DNA of 64,000 nucleotides from Candidatus Zixiibacteriota bacterium. Lineage in GTDB: Bacteria > Zixibacteria > MSB-5A5 > UBA10806 > 4484-95. The position numbers were made by a program, and so were the translations under genes. Location of the stretch: positions 32,001-96,000 of the forward strand of contig JBBIRK010000006.1 of the NCBI GenBank assembly GCA_037441845.1, read 5' to 3'. The notes beneath the pieces were generated by a model. The model saw only the letters and a program-made list of their open reading frames with translations, did not search any database and was not told the DNA's origin. Positions 1-8,604 of the stretch are shown here, in pieces (the first letter of the stretch is position 1; each line of letters begins with the position of its first letter).

Positions 1-2
1 CT

Positions 3-353
3 CGAGATATCGCCAGAAAGACCAACATACCAAAGGCCTATTTGGCTCGGATACTCTCAACCATGGCCAAAAGAGGAATTCTACATTCCCGGACCGGGAT
101 CGGTGGCGGTTTCTGCATAAGACCGGAATCGTTGAATGCCACACTTTACGACATCGCTGTGCTTTTCGATGAACCGAACGGGCATTTTGGCTGTCTTTTC
201 GGTTTCGAGACGATCTGCAAAACCGATTTTTGTCCGATGCATGAGCGCTGGGTTGAACTTGATAGACACGCTCAGGAATTATTGAAATCGACCACATTGG
301 AGTGGTTAAGATCCAATACGTGCCGGTTCGATTGGAACAGAATCGATAATTAG
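3..353 (+). CDS. Rrf2-family transcriptional regulator (5'-truncated by window edge)
   Basis: The frame is open from position 3: RDIARKTNIPKAYLARILSTMAKRGILHSRTGIGGGF is a typical Rrf2 winged HTH. The C-terminal GCLFGFETICKTDFCPMH carries three Cys plus His, consistent with an Fe-S site. Confidence 0.9.
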   Translation, partial: RDIARKTNIPKAYLARILSTMAKRGILHSRTGIGGGFCIRPESLNATLYDIAVLFDEPNGHFGCLFGFETICKTDFCPMHERWVELDRHAQELLKSTTLEWLRSNTCRFDWNRIDN

Positions 354-417
354 ATGTTTAAGAAATTATGAAATCGCTGTGGCAGTGAATGCCGATCATG
401 TTGTTAGGGAGGTATGA

Positions 418-969
418 ATGAAAAAGTTGATCACAATGGGGCTGACAGGACTGGTATTGGCCGCTTTCAGTCTCGCCGCATCAGGGCCGCACAAGTATGT
501 CGGTTCGGCCAAATGCAAAACATGCCACATGACCCCGAAAAGTGGTGAGGCTTTTCCGATCTGGCAAAAATCCAAACATGCCAAAGCCTTCGAGGCACTC
601 GCCACCGATGAAGCGAAAAAGATAGCTTCCTCCATGGGAATCAGCGACCCCCAGAAAAGCGATAGATGTCTTTCCTGCCATACTACTGCTCATGGTGTTC
701 CCGACAGCTTGAAAGAGGCAACGCTTACTATGGCTGAGGGTGTAGGCTGCGAAGCTTGTCATGGGCCGGGGGCTGATTATAAGGCGATGACTATAATGAA
801 AGATAGACAAAAAGCCATCGCTGCCGGGCTGCTTATTCCGGACGAGAAAACTTGCCTTGGATGCCATAACGAAAAGAGTCCGACATATAAGCCGTTCAAG
901 TATCAAGAAATGCTGAAAAATATAGCTCATCCCATTCCCAAGGCGGCCGCAGAAGAGAAAAAGGGTTGA
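418..969 (+). CDS. Periplasmic tetraheme cytochrome c (c554-like)
   Basis: Signal peptide, four CxxCH motifs (CKTCH, CLSCH, CEACH, CLGCH), YVGSAKC and GVGCEACHGPG signatures, and a GGAGG RBS. Confidence 0.9.
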   Translation: MKKLITMGLTGLVLAAFSLAASGPHKYVGSAKCKTCHMTPKSGEAFPIWQKSKHAKAFEALATDEAKKIASSMGISDPQKSDRCLSCHTTAHGVPDSLKEATLTMAEGVGCEACHGPGADYKAMTIMKDRQKAIAAGLLIPDEKTCLGCHNEKSPTYKPFKYQEMLKNIAHPIPKAAAEEKKG

Positions 970-991
970 AATCGACAGCGATTTAATCCGC

Positions 992-1024
992 AAATCCCCG
1001 TTTATGACGGGGATTTTTATTTTA
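992..1024 (+). terminator. Rho-independent terminator
   Basis: AAATCCCCGT-TTATG-ACGGGGATTT hairpin followed by a T-rich run. Confidence 0.85.
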
Positions 1025-1227
1025 CGGGCATCTAATCCGCCCCACTAAGCCACTATAAATCAATAGATTACGGTGAATTTGCCGAAAGAGCTTAAATTTC
1101 CCGAATATCGTTCGATAATAACTACTGAGTATCATTTCAACAGCATGATGGAAAATAATAGGATGTTAATCGGGAAATCATTCGAGAAAATGAACAGCTC
1201 ATCAATAATGCCTAAGGAGGGAGAAAG

Positions 1228-2055
1228 ATGAGAACTGTATTACTAACCGCGATTGTCGGGGTAGTCACCTGCGGATTCGCATTCGCCCAGCTCGGCGATT
1301 TCGAGAATACGCCGCTCACCCCGGGATTTTACCTCAACGCCTATCCGTCATACTCGACGGCGTCGAAGGTGTTTGATCAGGAAGGCGAAAGCCAGGAACT
1401 TCCGGACAACTGGACCGCTTTTGTAGTCGGATTCAGACCCGCTTACTACGGCTTGGCCAACAATCATCGCTGGGCCGTCACCGCTTTGGTCCCATACGCC
1501 TCGTTCGATAACGGCGTTTCCGATCCGCAATCGGGAATCGGCGACATGCAGGCGGCGGCCGCGTATTGGTTCCTCGACAATTATAACAAGTGGCATAATC
1601 TATCGGTCTGGTTCTGGGCGGATATCCCGACCGGCGATGACGAGAATGGTCTCGGCACCGGTCAAATGAATCTGCGTCCCGGGCTTGCCTATTGCTGGGA
1701 TAAATATCCAATGCAGATTCAGAGCTCGGTCTACTACAACCTGAGAATGAAAAACAGCGACACCGAATACAAACCAGGCGATGAGCTCTGGTGGAATTTC
1801 GCTCTCGGTTATGGTTTCCAGCCTCGCTTGAGCGGATCGCTGGAAATGGAAACCGGCTGGGGATTCGACGCCAAGCTGAACGACGAAACGATCACCGATT
1901 CCAAGGAGACCTGGTTCAAAGTCGGTCCCGCTTTCACTTATAATCTCTCGCCGAATTTCGGATTCAAGGTGAAAGGCCTCTACAACGCATTTGGCAAGAA
2001 CACCGCCCAGTCTATGGATATTTGGGCTCGGTTGACTTACAGTTTCACCAAGTAA
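1228..2055 (+). CDS. Outer-membrane beta-barrel, putative transporter (MetA-pathway phenol degradation-like)
   Basis: Signal peptide; SGIGDMQ, IPTGD and GLGTG motifs; alternating aromatic beta-strands; C-terminal TYSF; strong AAGGAGG RBS. Confidence 0.7.
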   Translation: MRTVLLTAIVGVVTCGFAFAQLGDFENTPLTPGFYLNAYPSYSTASKVFDQEGESQELPDNWTAFVVGFRPAYYGLANNHRWAVTALVPYASFDNGVSDPQSGIGDMQAAAAYWFLDNYNKWHNLSVWFWADIPTGDDENGLGTGQMNLRPGLAYCWDKYPMQIQSSVYYNLRMKNSDTEYKPGDELWWNFALGYGFQPRLSGSLEMETGWGFDAKLNDETITDSKETWFKVGPAFTYNLSPNFGFKVKGLYNAFGKNTAQSMDIWARLTYSFTK

Positions 2056-2072
2056 GATTCACGGACTCAATC

Positions 2073-2112
2073 AACTCCCGGATCGTTGGTGACCCGGGAG
2101 TTTTTTATTTTT
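2073..2112 (+). terminator. Rho-independent terminator
   Basis: AACTCCCGG...CCGGGAGTT stem followed by a poly-T tract. Confidence 0.85.
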
Positions 2113-2138
2113 GGACCTCCCGATTTTTCGGGTAGTGC

Positions 2139-2167
2139 TTGCCCCTGTCGGTATCCCCTGATATATT
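2139..2167 (+). promoter_or_regulatory. sigma70-like promoter of dedA
   Basis: TTGCCC-N17-TATATT. Confidence 0.5.
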
Positions 2168-2241
2168 AGCGCGATACGCGATTGCGGCCGGCGAAGCGAA
2201 GGGCCATGATCGTTTGTTCGGTCGTTCGGAAAGGAAAGGGC

Positions 2242-2880
2242 ATGGAGATTATCGCGGCGATACTCGATTTCATCATACATCTCGACAAACATCTCGGCGC
2301 CCTTATCCAGAATTATGGGACCTGGACGTATTTGATTTTATTTCTGATCATATTCTGCGAAACCGGTTTGGTGATCACCCCGTTTCTGCCGGGAGATTCT
2401 CTTCTGTTCGCCGCCGGCGCCCTGGCCGCAACCGGAGCCCTTGACCCGTGGCTGCTTTTCGGTTTGCTCTCGTTGGCAGCGATCCTTGGCAATACGGTTA
2501 ATTACTGGATCGGTTATTGGGTCGGCCCGGGAATATTAAGAAGGGAAAAGATAAAATTTTTCAAGAAAGAATATCTAGAAAGAACTCATCGATTTTACGA
2601 AAAGCATGGGGGCAAGACCATAATAATCGCCAGGTTTTTGCCCATCATTCGCACTTTCGCGCCATTCGTCGCAGGGGTGGGATTCATGACCTACTGGCGA
2701 TTCAGCATATTCAATATAACAGCCGGTATAGCGTGGGTGGGGATATTCGCGTTCGGCGGATACTATTTCGGCAATCTTCCCTATGTGAAAAGCAATTTCA
2801 CGATCGTCGTATTGGCGATTATTTTTATCTCGTTGATTCCTGCCGTGGTCGAATTTCTACGTCATCGGCGCAAAGCGTAA
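2242..2880 (+). CDS. dedA: DedA family membrane protein
   Basis: [24 protein letters not shown] and [16 protein letters not shown] signatures. Start placed at ATG 2242 after AAGGAAAGG. Confidence 0.93.
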   Translation: MEIIAAILDFIIHLDKHLGALIQNYGTWTYLILFLIIFCETGLVITPFLPGDSLLFAAGALAATGALDPWLLFGLLSLAAILGNTVNYWIGYWVGPGILRREKIKFFKKEYLERTHRFYEKHGGKTIIIARFLPIIRTFAPFVAGVGFMTYWRFSIFNITAGIAWVGIFAFGGYYFGNLPYVKSNFTIVVLAIIFISLIPAVVEFLRHRRKA

Positions 2881-2981
2881 AGGCTCGGGTTGGGAATCCA
2901 CCGATTTTATTCGGCCGTTTATTTTGGTTTTCTTAATCGATCAGTTCCATGATTTGCGAATCGGGAAAGTCCCAGACGATT

Positions 2982-3974
2982 TTATGGCTGGGCATAGGGG
3001 ATCGCGTTCAGGCTCAATTCGGATCGTTCGCCTTTGGCCAAGCGCCAGGCTCCGGCGGCGGCGATCATCCCGGCATTATCGGTGCATAATAATGCGCCGG
3101 GCCAAAATACCTCGATCTCTCCCCGCCGCTCTTCGAACAGCTCTCGCAGACGCTTGTTCATGGCTACGCCGCCGGATACCGCCAGCCGCTTGAGCCCGAA
3201 ATTGCGGCAGGCCAGAATCGCCTTATCGACGATCACCTCGCCGACCGCCTCTTGAAACGAAGAACAGATCGAGGCCAGATTTTCCTTTATAAAATCAGGT
3301 TCATGCCCGCGGCAATATATAGCCACCGCAGTCTTGAGTCCCGAAAAGGAAAACTCGTATGAGTCCCGCACCATCATCGCCCGCGGAAATTTCACGAAAT
3401 CTCTTGCCCCGCCTTTTGCCGCCGACTCGATTGCCGGACCTCCCGGGTATTGAAGGCCGAGCAGTTTCGCCACTTTATCGAACGCCTCGCCGGGGGCGTC
3501 ATCCCTGGTCTTACCCAGCAACGCATACTTACCCCACGAATCGACACGATAAAGCGATGAATGACCGCCCGATACAATCAAGCCGATAAACGGCGGCTGA
3601 CATCTTTCCGATTCGAGATAGTTGGAAAAAAGATGCCCTTCGAGATGGTTCACCCCTATAAACGGGACATTTATCGCCTGGGACATCGATTTGGCGAATG
3701 TCAACCCCACCAACAACGCCCCCACGAGTCCCGGACCGTTGGTTACCGCTATTCCTTGAATGTCGCGTAGCTCAAGCCGGCTTTGCGCCAATGCGTCATC
3801 GACTATTCCGACCAACCGGCGGACATGTTCCCTCGAGGCGAGTTCGGGCACCACGCCGCCGTACTTGCGATGAATCGTTTGCGAATATACTACGTTTGCC
3901 AGAAGGTCTCGAGGATATCTTAGGACGGCGGCGGCGGTTTCGTCGCACGATGTTTCAATTCCGAGAACTATCAT
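2982..3974 (-). CDS. tsaD: tRNA N6-threonylcarbamoyladenosine transferase TsaD
   Basis: LGIETSCDET, GGVVPELASREH, NHLEGH, VSGGH, GEAFDK, FSFSGLKT and CTDNAGMIA motifs. Confidence 0.97.
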   Translation of the reverse strand: MIVLGIETSCDETAAAVLRYPRDLLANVVYSQTIHRKYGGVVPELASREHVRRLVGIVDDALAQSRLELRDIQGIAVTNGPGLVGALLVGLTFAKSMSQAINVPFIGVNHLEGHLFSNYLESERCQPPFIGLIVSGGHSSLYRVDSWGKYALLGKTRDDAPGEAFDKVAKLLGLQYPGGPAIESAAKGGARDFVKFPRAMMVRDSYEFSFSGLKTAVAIYCRGHEPDFIKENLASICSSFQEAVGEVIVDKAILACRNFGLKRLAVSGGVAMNKRLRELFEERRGEIEVFWPGALLCTDNAGMIAAAGAWRLAKGERSELSLNAIPYAQP

Positions 3975-4371
3975 CGGCCGGCTTGTTCCAGTCGAGCGCA
4001 ATTGCGATCGAATTTACGCCGACGAAACCCACCATTACTTCGTCCATATTCTCGGGTATAGTGAGATGACGTTTGACCAGCTCTATCGAATAGTTGCCCG
4101 GCTTACGGAATTCGGCGAGATCCACTATGAGTCTTATCGGTTTCAGGTAGATCAGATGAAACAACTGCTTGCCGTCGGCGGCGATTTCGAGTTTAACTGT
4201 CCGGGGATTTTCGGAAACCAATTTTAGATGCGGATCCAGATTGGCGAATTCAACGTTGACCGTAATCGTCTGTCTGAAATGATTCTGGGTGGTCAAGTGA
4301 AACCACAAGCCGAATGCAAGCAACAAACCGACGATTTTCCATCCGATATTTCTCAGGAGATTGATCTTCAC
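3955..4371 (-). CDS. Short CdaR/YbbR-like membrane-anchored protein
   Basis: The N-terminal LRNIGWKIVGLLLAFGLWF TM helix is typical of YbbR/CdaR and is followed by one YbbR-like domain. Confidence 0.65.
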   Translation of the reverse strand: MKINLLRNIGWKIVGLLLAFGLWFHLTTQNHFRQTITVNVEFANLDPHLKLVSENPRTVKLEIAADGKQLFHLIYLKPIRLIVDLAEFRKPGNYSIELVKRHLTIPENMDEVMVGFVGVNSIAIALDWNKPADDSSRN

Positions 4372-4383
4372 GATCCGATTTAC

Positions 4384-4572
4384 TCATTTGTCGGAGAATC
4401 TCAGGATCTTGCCGAAAGATACCTCACCATTGTCGATCCTGATCGAAAAACCGCATTCGTGATTGGTGCAGACCCAAGCCTTGTACCGGATTTCAGAACC
4501 ATCGCGGCCATAATCCGAAAGAGGAATCAATACTCCTTTTCCACATTTCAAGCATTCCGGATATTTTTCCAC
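4384..4572 (-). CDS. Small zinc-ribbon hypothetical protein
   Basis: CLKC...VCTNHECGF four-Cys pattern. GTG start after a GGGAG RBS, with an upstream promoter (TTGACA-N17-TATTTA at 4605-4633). Confidence 0.75.
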   Translation of the reverse strand: MEKYPECLKCGKGVLIPLSDYGRDGSEIRYKAWVCTNHECGFSIRIDNGEVSFGKILRFSDK

Positions 4573-4683
4573 TTCTGTCTCCCGTGATAGATTTGGTAAA
4601 TCGATAAATATCACCGCGCCGTGTTCATGTCAAGAGATTAATCGGGCGCAAAGCGAACGGATTGACGCATTCCCAGGAGCTGT

Positions 4684-6222
4684 TTATTCGATCCAGACTA
4701 TCCGCAAGCTTTTTCTTTCATTGCTGTTTTCGCCGTAAAAGGCGATAATTTCATGTTTTCCGTCGCCGTTCAGATCCTCTGCCGCAAGCCCGTCGGGGCG
4801 CGGCAAGTTTATATTTATCAAGGAATTATCGGCAAATGAACCGTCTTGTTTGTTTCCGTATGCCCTCAATTTCCCTTGGCCGTCGTGCAGCAGAAGATCG
4901 CAAGCGCCGTCGCCGTCATAATCGCCCTCGAGGATCATGATATTGTTGTAATCGATCCCCTCGTCGAGCAATACCTCATAAGAAAATCCCTTTTCATAGT
5001 CCTGCTTTTCCGGGAAATCCCCCTGGCCGCCCTGAAGATAAATTTTCAGATTAACCTCGATTTCCTTCATCAATAAAATTTTCAGCGTCGACATCACGCC
5101 GAGTTTGAACGAAGGCAATGCCAGGTCGAGCGCGCCGTCGGCGTTGAAATCCAAAATGGTCGGGCTCGAGGCGCCGTTGGCCATAGTGAATTCCCAATTG
5201 CATTTCGGGCCGTATCCCCCGAGCTGTTTTGCCTTGAATATCGAAATCGTAGTGTTGAACGAAGTGACGGTTCCGGAGTTTTTCGTGGCTATAATGTCCG
5301 AAAGGCCGTCGGAATTCAAATCTTGAATCTTGAACGATAAGGCGACATCTCCCGAGAATTCTTCCTCCGCGGTCAACAGTCTTTTCCCGAAAATCTCAAC
5401 CGGTTGCGACGAATAACCGCCATCGAAATTTCCCCGGTAAATATGCACGAATCTATCGCCCGCGATAAAAATATCGGCCATTCTGTCACCATCATAGCTG
5501 CCCATTACAACCGACGGCAATCGGGAGTCGAGAATGAATTCCGCCGGAATGTCGTTGCGACGGGCCGGGCGACCACTGATTTTGAGTCGGTGTCGATATT
5601 CGAGCGACTGGCCGAATTTCGGTCCATCTTTTCCAATACGATAAAGATCGAAGCCCCTCGGAGTCGGAATCAATATCAAAGCACCGGTTTGCCCCTGGGA
5701 GTAAACCACGGAATTCCAGCGCGCGATTTCGGCCTCCGGCGCGATATTGAAAATCGTCGCAGTCTTCAATCTCTTATTCGTGTTTATATCGAACAATCGG
5801 CCGTCGAACGTATGAAAAATCATTCCTTCGGTTCCGCACAACAGCAGATCCTTTCGGCCGTCGGCGTCGATATCGGCGATGTCATAGCAGACGGAGCTTG
5901 CCTCTATTTCCAGTACCTGTGTCGGATGAGAATCGAATCTATCGCCGGAATTTCGGTAAAGTGCGAGCTTCCTCTGGAGTCGTTCGCTGCCGGTGTCGAC
6001 ATAAAACAGCAAAGCCTCGCTGATTGAATCTCCATCGAGATCGGCGAAACTGGCGTTGATCAGGTTTCCCGGAACCGATATGACGTCCACTCTCGATTGA
6101 AACGCGTAGCTGCTTGTCGGAAAAACGGTGAGGAGCGGCAGAATAGCCAGCAATCCGATTTCTATGCCGAATTTGAGGTTTTCCATGGATACGAAATAAC
6201 GCTTTTTAGTCGCTGTCATCAA
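4684..6222 (-). CDS. Secreted FG-GAP/VCBS-repeat protein
   Basis: Signal peptide and repeated D-x-[DN]-x-D-G motifs (DLDGD, DIDADG, YDGD, DLNSDG, DFNADG, DYDGDG, DLNGDG). Alternative start at 6186. Confidence 0.85.
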   Translation of the reverse strand: MMTATKKRYFVSMENLKFGIEIGLLAILPLLTVFPTSSYAFQSRVDVISVPGNLINASFADLDGDSISEALLFYVDTGSERLQRKLALYRNSGDRFDSHPTQVLEIEASSVCYDIADIDADGRKDLLLCGTEGMIFHTFDGRLFDINTNKRLKTATIFNIAPEAEIARWNSVVYSQGQTGALILIPTPRGFDLYRIGKDGPKFGQSLEYRHRLKISGRPARRNDIPAEFILDSRLPSVVMGSYDGDRMADIFIAGDRFVHIYRGNFDGGYSSQPVEIFGKRLLTAEEEFSGDVALSFKIQDLNSDGLSDIIATKNSGTVTSFNTTISIFKAKQLGGYGPKCNWEFTMANGASSPTILDFNADGALDLALPSFKLGVMSTLKILLMKEIEVNLKIYLQGGQGDFPEKQDYEKGFSYEVLLDEGIDYNNIMILEGDYDGDGACDLLLHDGQGKLRAYGNKQDGSFADNSLININLPRPDGLAAEDLNGDGKHEIIAFYGENSNERKSLRIVWIE

Positions 6223-7684
6223 GTTCGTTTCGCCTGAGTTTCAATAATCCTCTGTCGCAACCGACCCAAAAGTATTCGCCGTCCGCGATTATGGAATTAA
6301 GCGATCTGCTTGGCAGGCCATCCGTATCGGTCAAGAGCGTACTTGTCTTGTCGCGGATATCATAGCGCCATAATCCGGATGCCGTGGCGCACCATATCAT
6401 CGAGTCGGCCGCATAAACCTGGCGTATATCCCGGCGGTGCGGCAAGGCAAAATCGCTGGCTACGAAAGAGGCTTCCGTTTGCGAGTCAACCACTACTACG
6501 CCGAAATCCACAGCAAAATATAGTTTGCCGCCGCCGCTGAATATATCCGTTGCGCCCGCCGCCAAATCTCCTGCCGGAGTATCGAGCTGTTCAATTTTCC
6601 AGGGGGCGTCTGCAAGACGATATACCGCTTGGTTAGTGGCTATTAAAAGTTTCCCGCCGAAAACCGATAAGTCGTTTATCCTCTGGCCAGGCAGCCTATA
6701 TTCCGCCGGGATGGCGACTGCTGACCCGCTGTCGGAGAGTTCGCCGTTAGCGGGCAATATTCCCAGTCCGTCTGTGGTGCCGATGAAAATGCGTCCATTA
6801 TACAGGCATAGGGCAAGCACTTCGTCCGACGGCAGCCCCTGAAAGGTCGTATAAAGTCTCATCCGATCATCGGAATCCTTTCGGATTAGGCCGTCTCTGG
6901 TCGCTATCCATGTATAATCGCCGGTCTCGACAGCCGCCAGCAATTCGGAGTTTCTCAGTTCAGCGACTGCTGTCTGCTCATAATATTTCCATTCGCCCGT
7001 TCGTCGGTCGAATCTGGTCAGCGCTCCGCCGGAAACTACCGACGGGGTTCCCATCCACAAATACCTGCCGACCTCGATTACTTTGGAGATCGCCGAGTTA
7101 TATGGTCCATACGGCAACAATATCAGATTGCGATAACGGGTATTGATCACTCCCGGACCGAGCCCCCAGGTTCCGATATACATCAGGTCGTTCTGGCCGT
7201 CGCGGATTCCGGAGGTGATACGGAAGGTTCTGAAAAACTGGTCCTGTAATACCCCGGCCTGATAACTCAGTCGAAACGGCGTAAACAGGCTCGGGAAAAG
7301 CGTCGATTTCCAGTCGTTTCGCTCCAGGCTGTCGGGGAATTCTGATTCCGCATACCACTCGGCGAAGGTCAGGTTATATTTCGCCGGGCCGTTCCGCGTT
7401 TGAGCCCACAGTTCGTTGAATTGCGGATCGTAGGCGAGTCTGATAATGTAATTCGAGGGCAGGCCGGCGCCTTCTGTCAGAGGATCGAGCCACCTGTTAT
7501 AAATTTTGCTGAACCTGACGATCCCGTCGGTCGTACCGAAATAAATCGTCTCCAAATCGGCTGCAATAGAGGTCACGTAGCGAAACGATGAATATCTAAT
7601 CGAATCTTGAATCCGACTTGCCGATAAAAACGCCGATGTCGATATCAGGATTGCAATGGATGATGCCAGAATCAATCTGCCCAT
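6206..7684 (-). CDS. Secreted beta-propeller protein (two-component-regulator propeller-like)
   Basis: Signal peptide and repeated GLPS / YFGT.DG / WIAT.DG propeller blades. Confidence 0.8.
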   Translation of the reverse strand: MGRLILASSIAILISTSAFLSASRIQDSIRYSSFRYVTSIAADLETIYFGTTDGIVRFSKIYNRWLDPLTEGAGLPSNYIIRLAYDPQFNELWAQTRNGPAKYNLTFAEWYAESEFPDSLERNDWKSTLFPSLFTPFRLSYQAGVLQDQFFRTFRITSGIRDGQNDLMYIGTWGLGPGVINTRYRNLILLPYGPYNSAISKVIEVGRYLWMGTPSVVSGGALTRFDRRTGEWKYYEQTAVAELRNSELLAAVETGDYTWIATRDGLIRKDSDDRMRLYTTFQGLPSDEVLALCLYNGRIFIGTTDGLGILPANGELSDSGSAVAIPAEYRLPGQRINDLSVFGGKLLIATNQAVYRLADAPWKIEQLDTPAGDLAAGATDIFSGGGKLYFAVDFGVVVVDSQTEASFVASDFALPHRRDIRQVYAADSMIWCATASGLWRYDIRDKTSTLLTDTDGLPSRSLNSIIADGEYFWVGCDRGLLKLRRNELDDSD

Positions 7685-7690
7685 GCAAGA

Positions 7691-7719
7691 ACAATATATC
7701 AGGCGGCAGTCATACGCAA
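7691..7719 (-). promoter_or_regulatory. sigma70-like promoter, likely leaderless transcript
   Basis: TTGCGT-N17-TATTGT, with the ATG only 6 nt downstream. Confidence 0.5.
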
Positions 7720-7800
7720 ATATTTTAACGGCGGCGCAGAGAGCAATTTATCCCGATTGTTTAGGATTATGGCCGCCGACACCGCCGAACATGCGATTTT

Positions 7801-8604
7801 TTATAGCCTGATTCTCAGTCCGATTTCCGGCCCGCGGACCGTTGCCTCGCCCAGATTTTCCTGCTTGAATCCTGCGAACATTTCAAGCTGTCTGAGGCAA
7901 TAGCCGATACCGATGCGGTAATCATTCATGTTGTGTCCATTTATCTTGGCAAGGCCGATCTGCAGGTTGGCGATCACCGGTGAAACGGGTGCGATATCCA
8001 ATTCGAACCCGACCAATGGACTCGTGCCGATATCGATCACTTTGCGGGCGCCGAATTTGATTTCGAGAGAACCGCGCTCGTCGGTCAAGAAGTTCAAAGC
8101 CGCTGCGTAGGAATGCATTTTCAAACTCGTTTCCTGTGCCAAATAGGTTTCCTCGAGCGCCACATAGTCGTAATCGAATCCAAAGCCGGTGAAAAGCTTC
8201 AGCTTGAGCCCGAGGCTTTTGCCTTTGATATCGTTCAGACCGCTGAAACCAGAGACTTCTCCCACGATATAAACCGGTCTGGATCCGGGGGATCCTTTCA
8301 CGTATAATCCCTCTTCGTAATAAGGATATTGCGCATAAGCATAGCTAAATCCATCGGGAATGGTATTGATCAGGATATGGAATACCAAATCGCTCCACAC
8401 GTCATCTTCGTCATCGTTAGTCACCCGTTCTGACTTCTGCTTTTTCCTTTTCAGTTCGTCTTTGGCATGTTCCAATTTTCCCGCTGGTTTTTCGGCGGCA
8501 TCATCTCTTTTCTTTTCATCGTCCCTGGGCGGTTTTTCCTGCGCCGTCGCCGCGGTCAACGACAGTATCAATGATAATATCAGTGCGCATAGGAGACGCA
8601 TCAA
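7801..8604 (-). CDS. Hypothetical outer-membrane beta-barrel protein
   Basis: Signal peptide, charged low-complexity N-terminus, alternating beta-strands, C-terminal GLRIRL. Confidence 0.6.
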   Translation of the reverse strand: MMRLLCALILSLILSLTAATAQEKPPRDDEKKRDDAAEKPAGKLEHAKDELKRKKQKSERVTNDDEDDVWSDLVFHILINTIPDGFSYAYAQYPYYEEGLYVKGSPGSRPVYIVGEVSGFSGLNDIKGKSLGLKLKLFTGFGFDYDYVALEETYLAQETSLKMHSYAAALNFLTDERGSLEIKFGARKVIDIGTSPLVGFELDIAPVSPVIANLQIGLAKINGHNMNDYRIGIGYCLRQLEMFAGFKQENLGEATVRGPEIGLRIRL

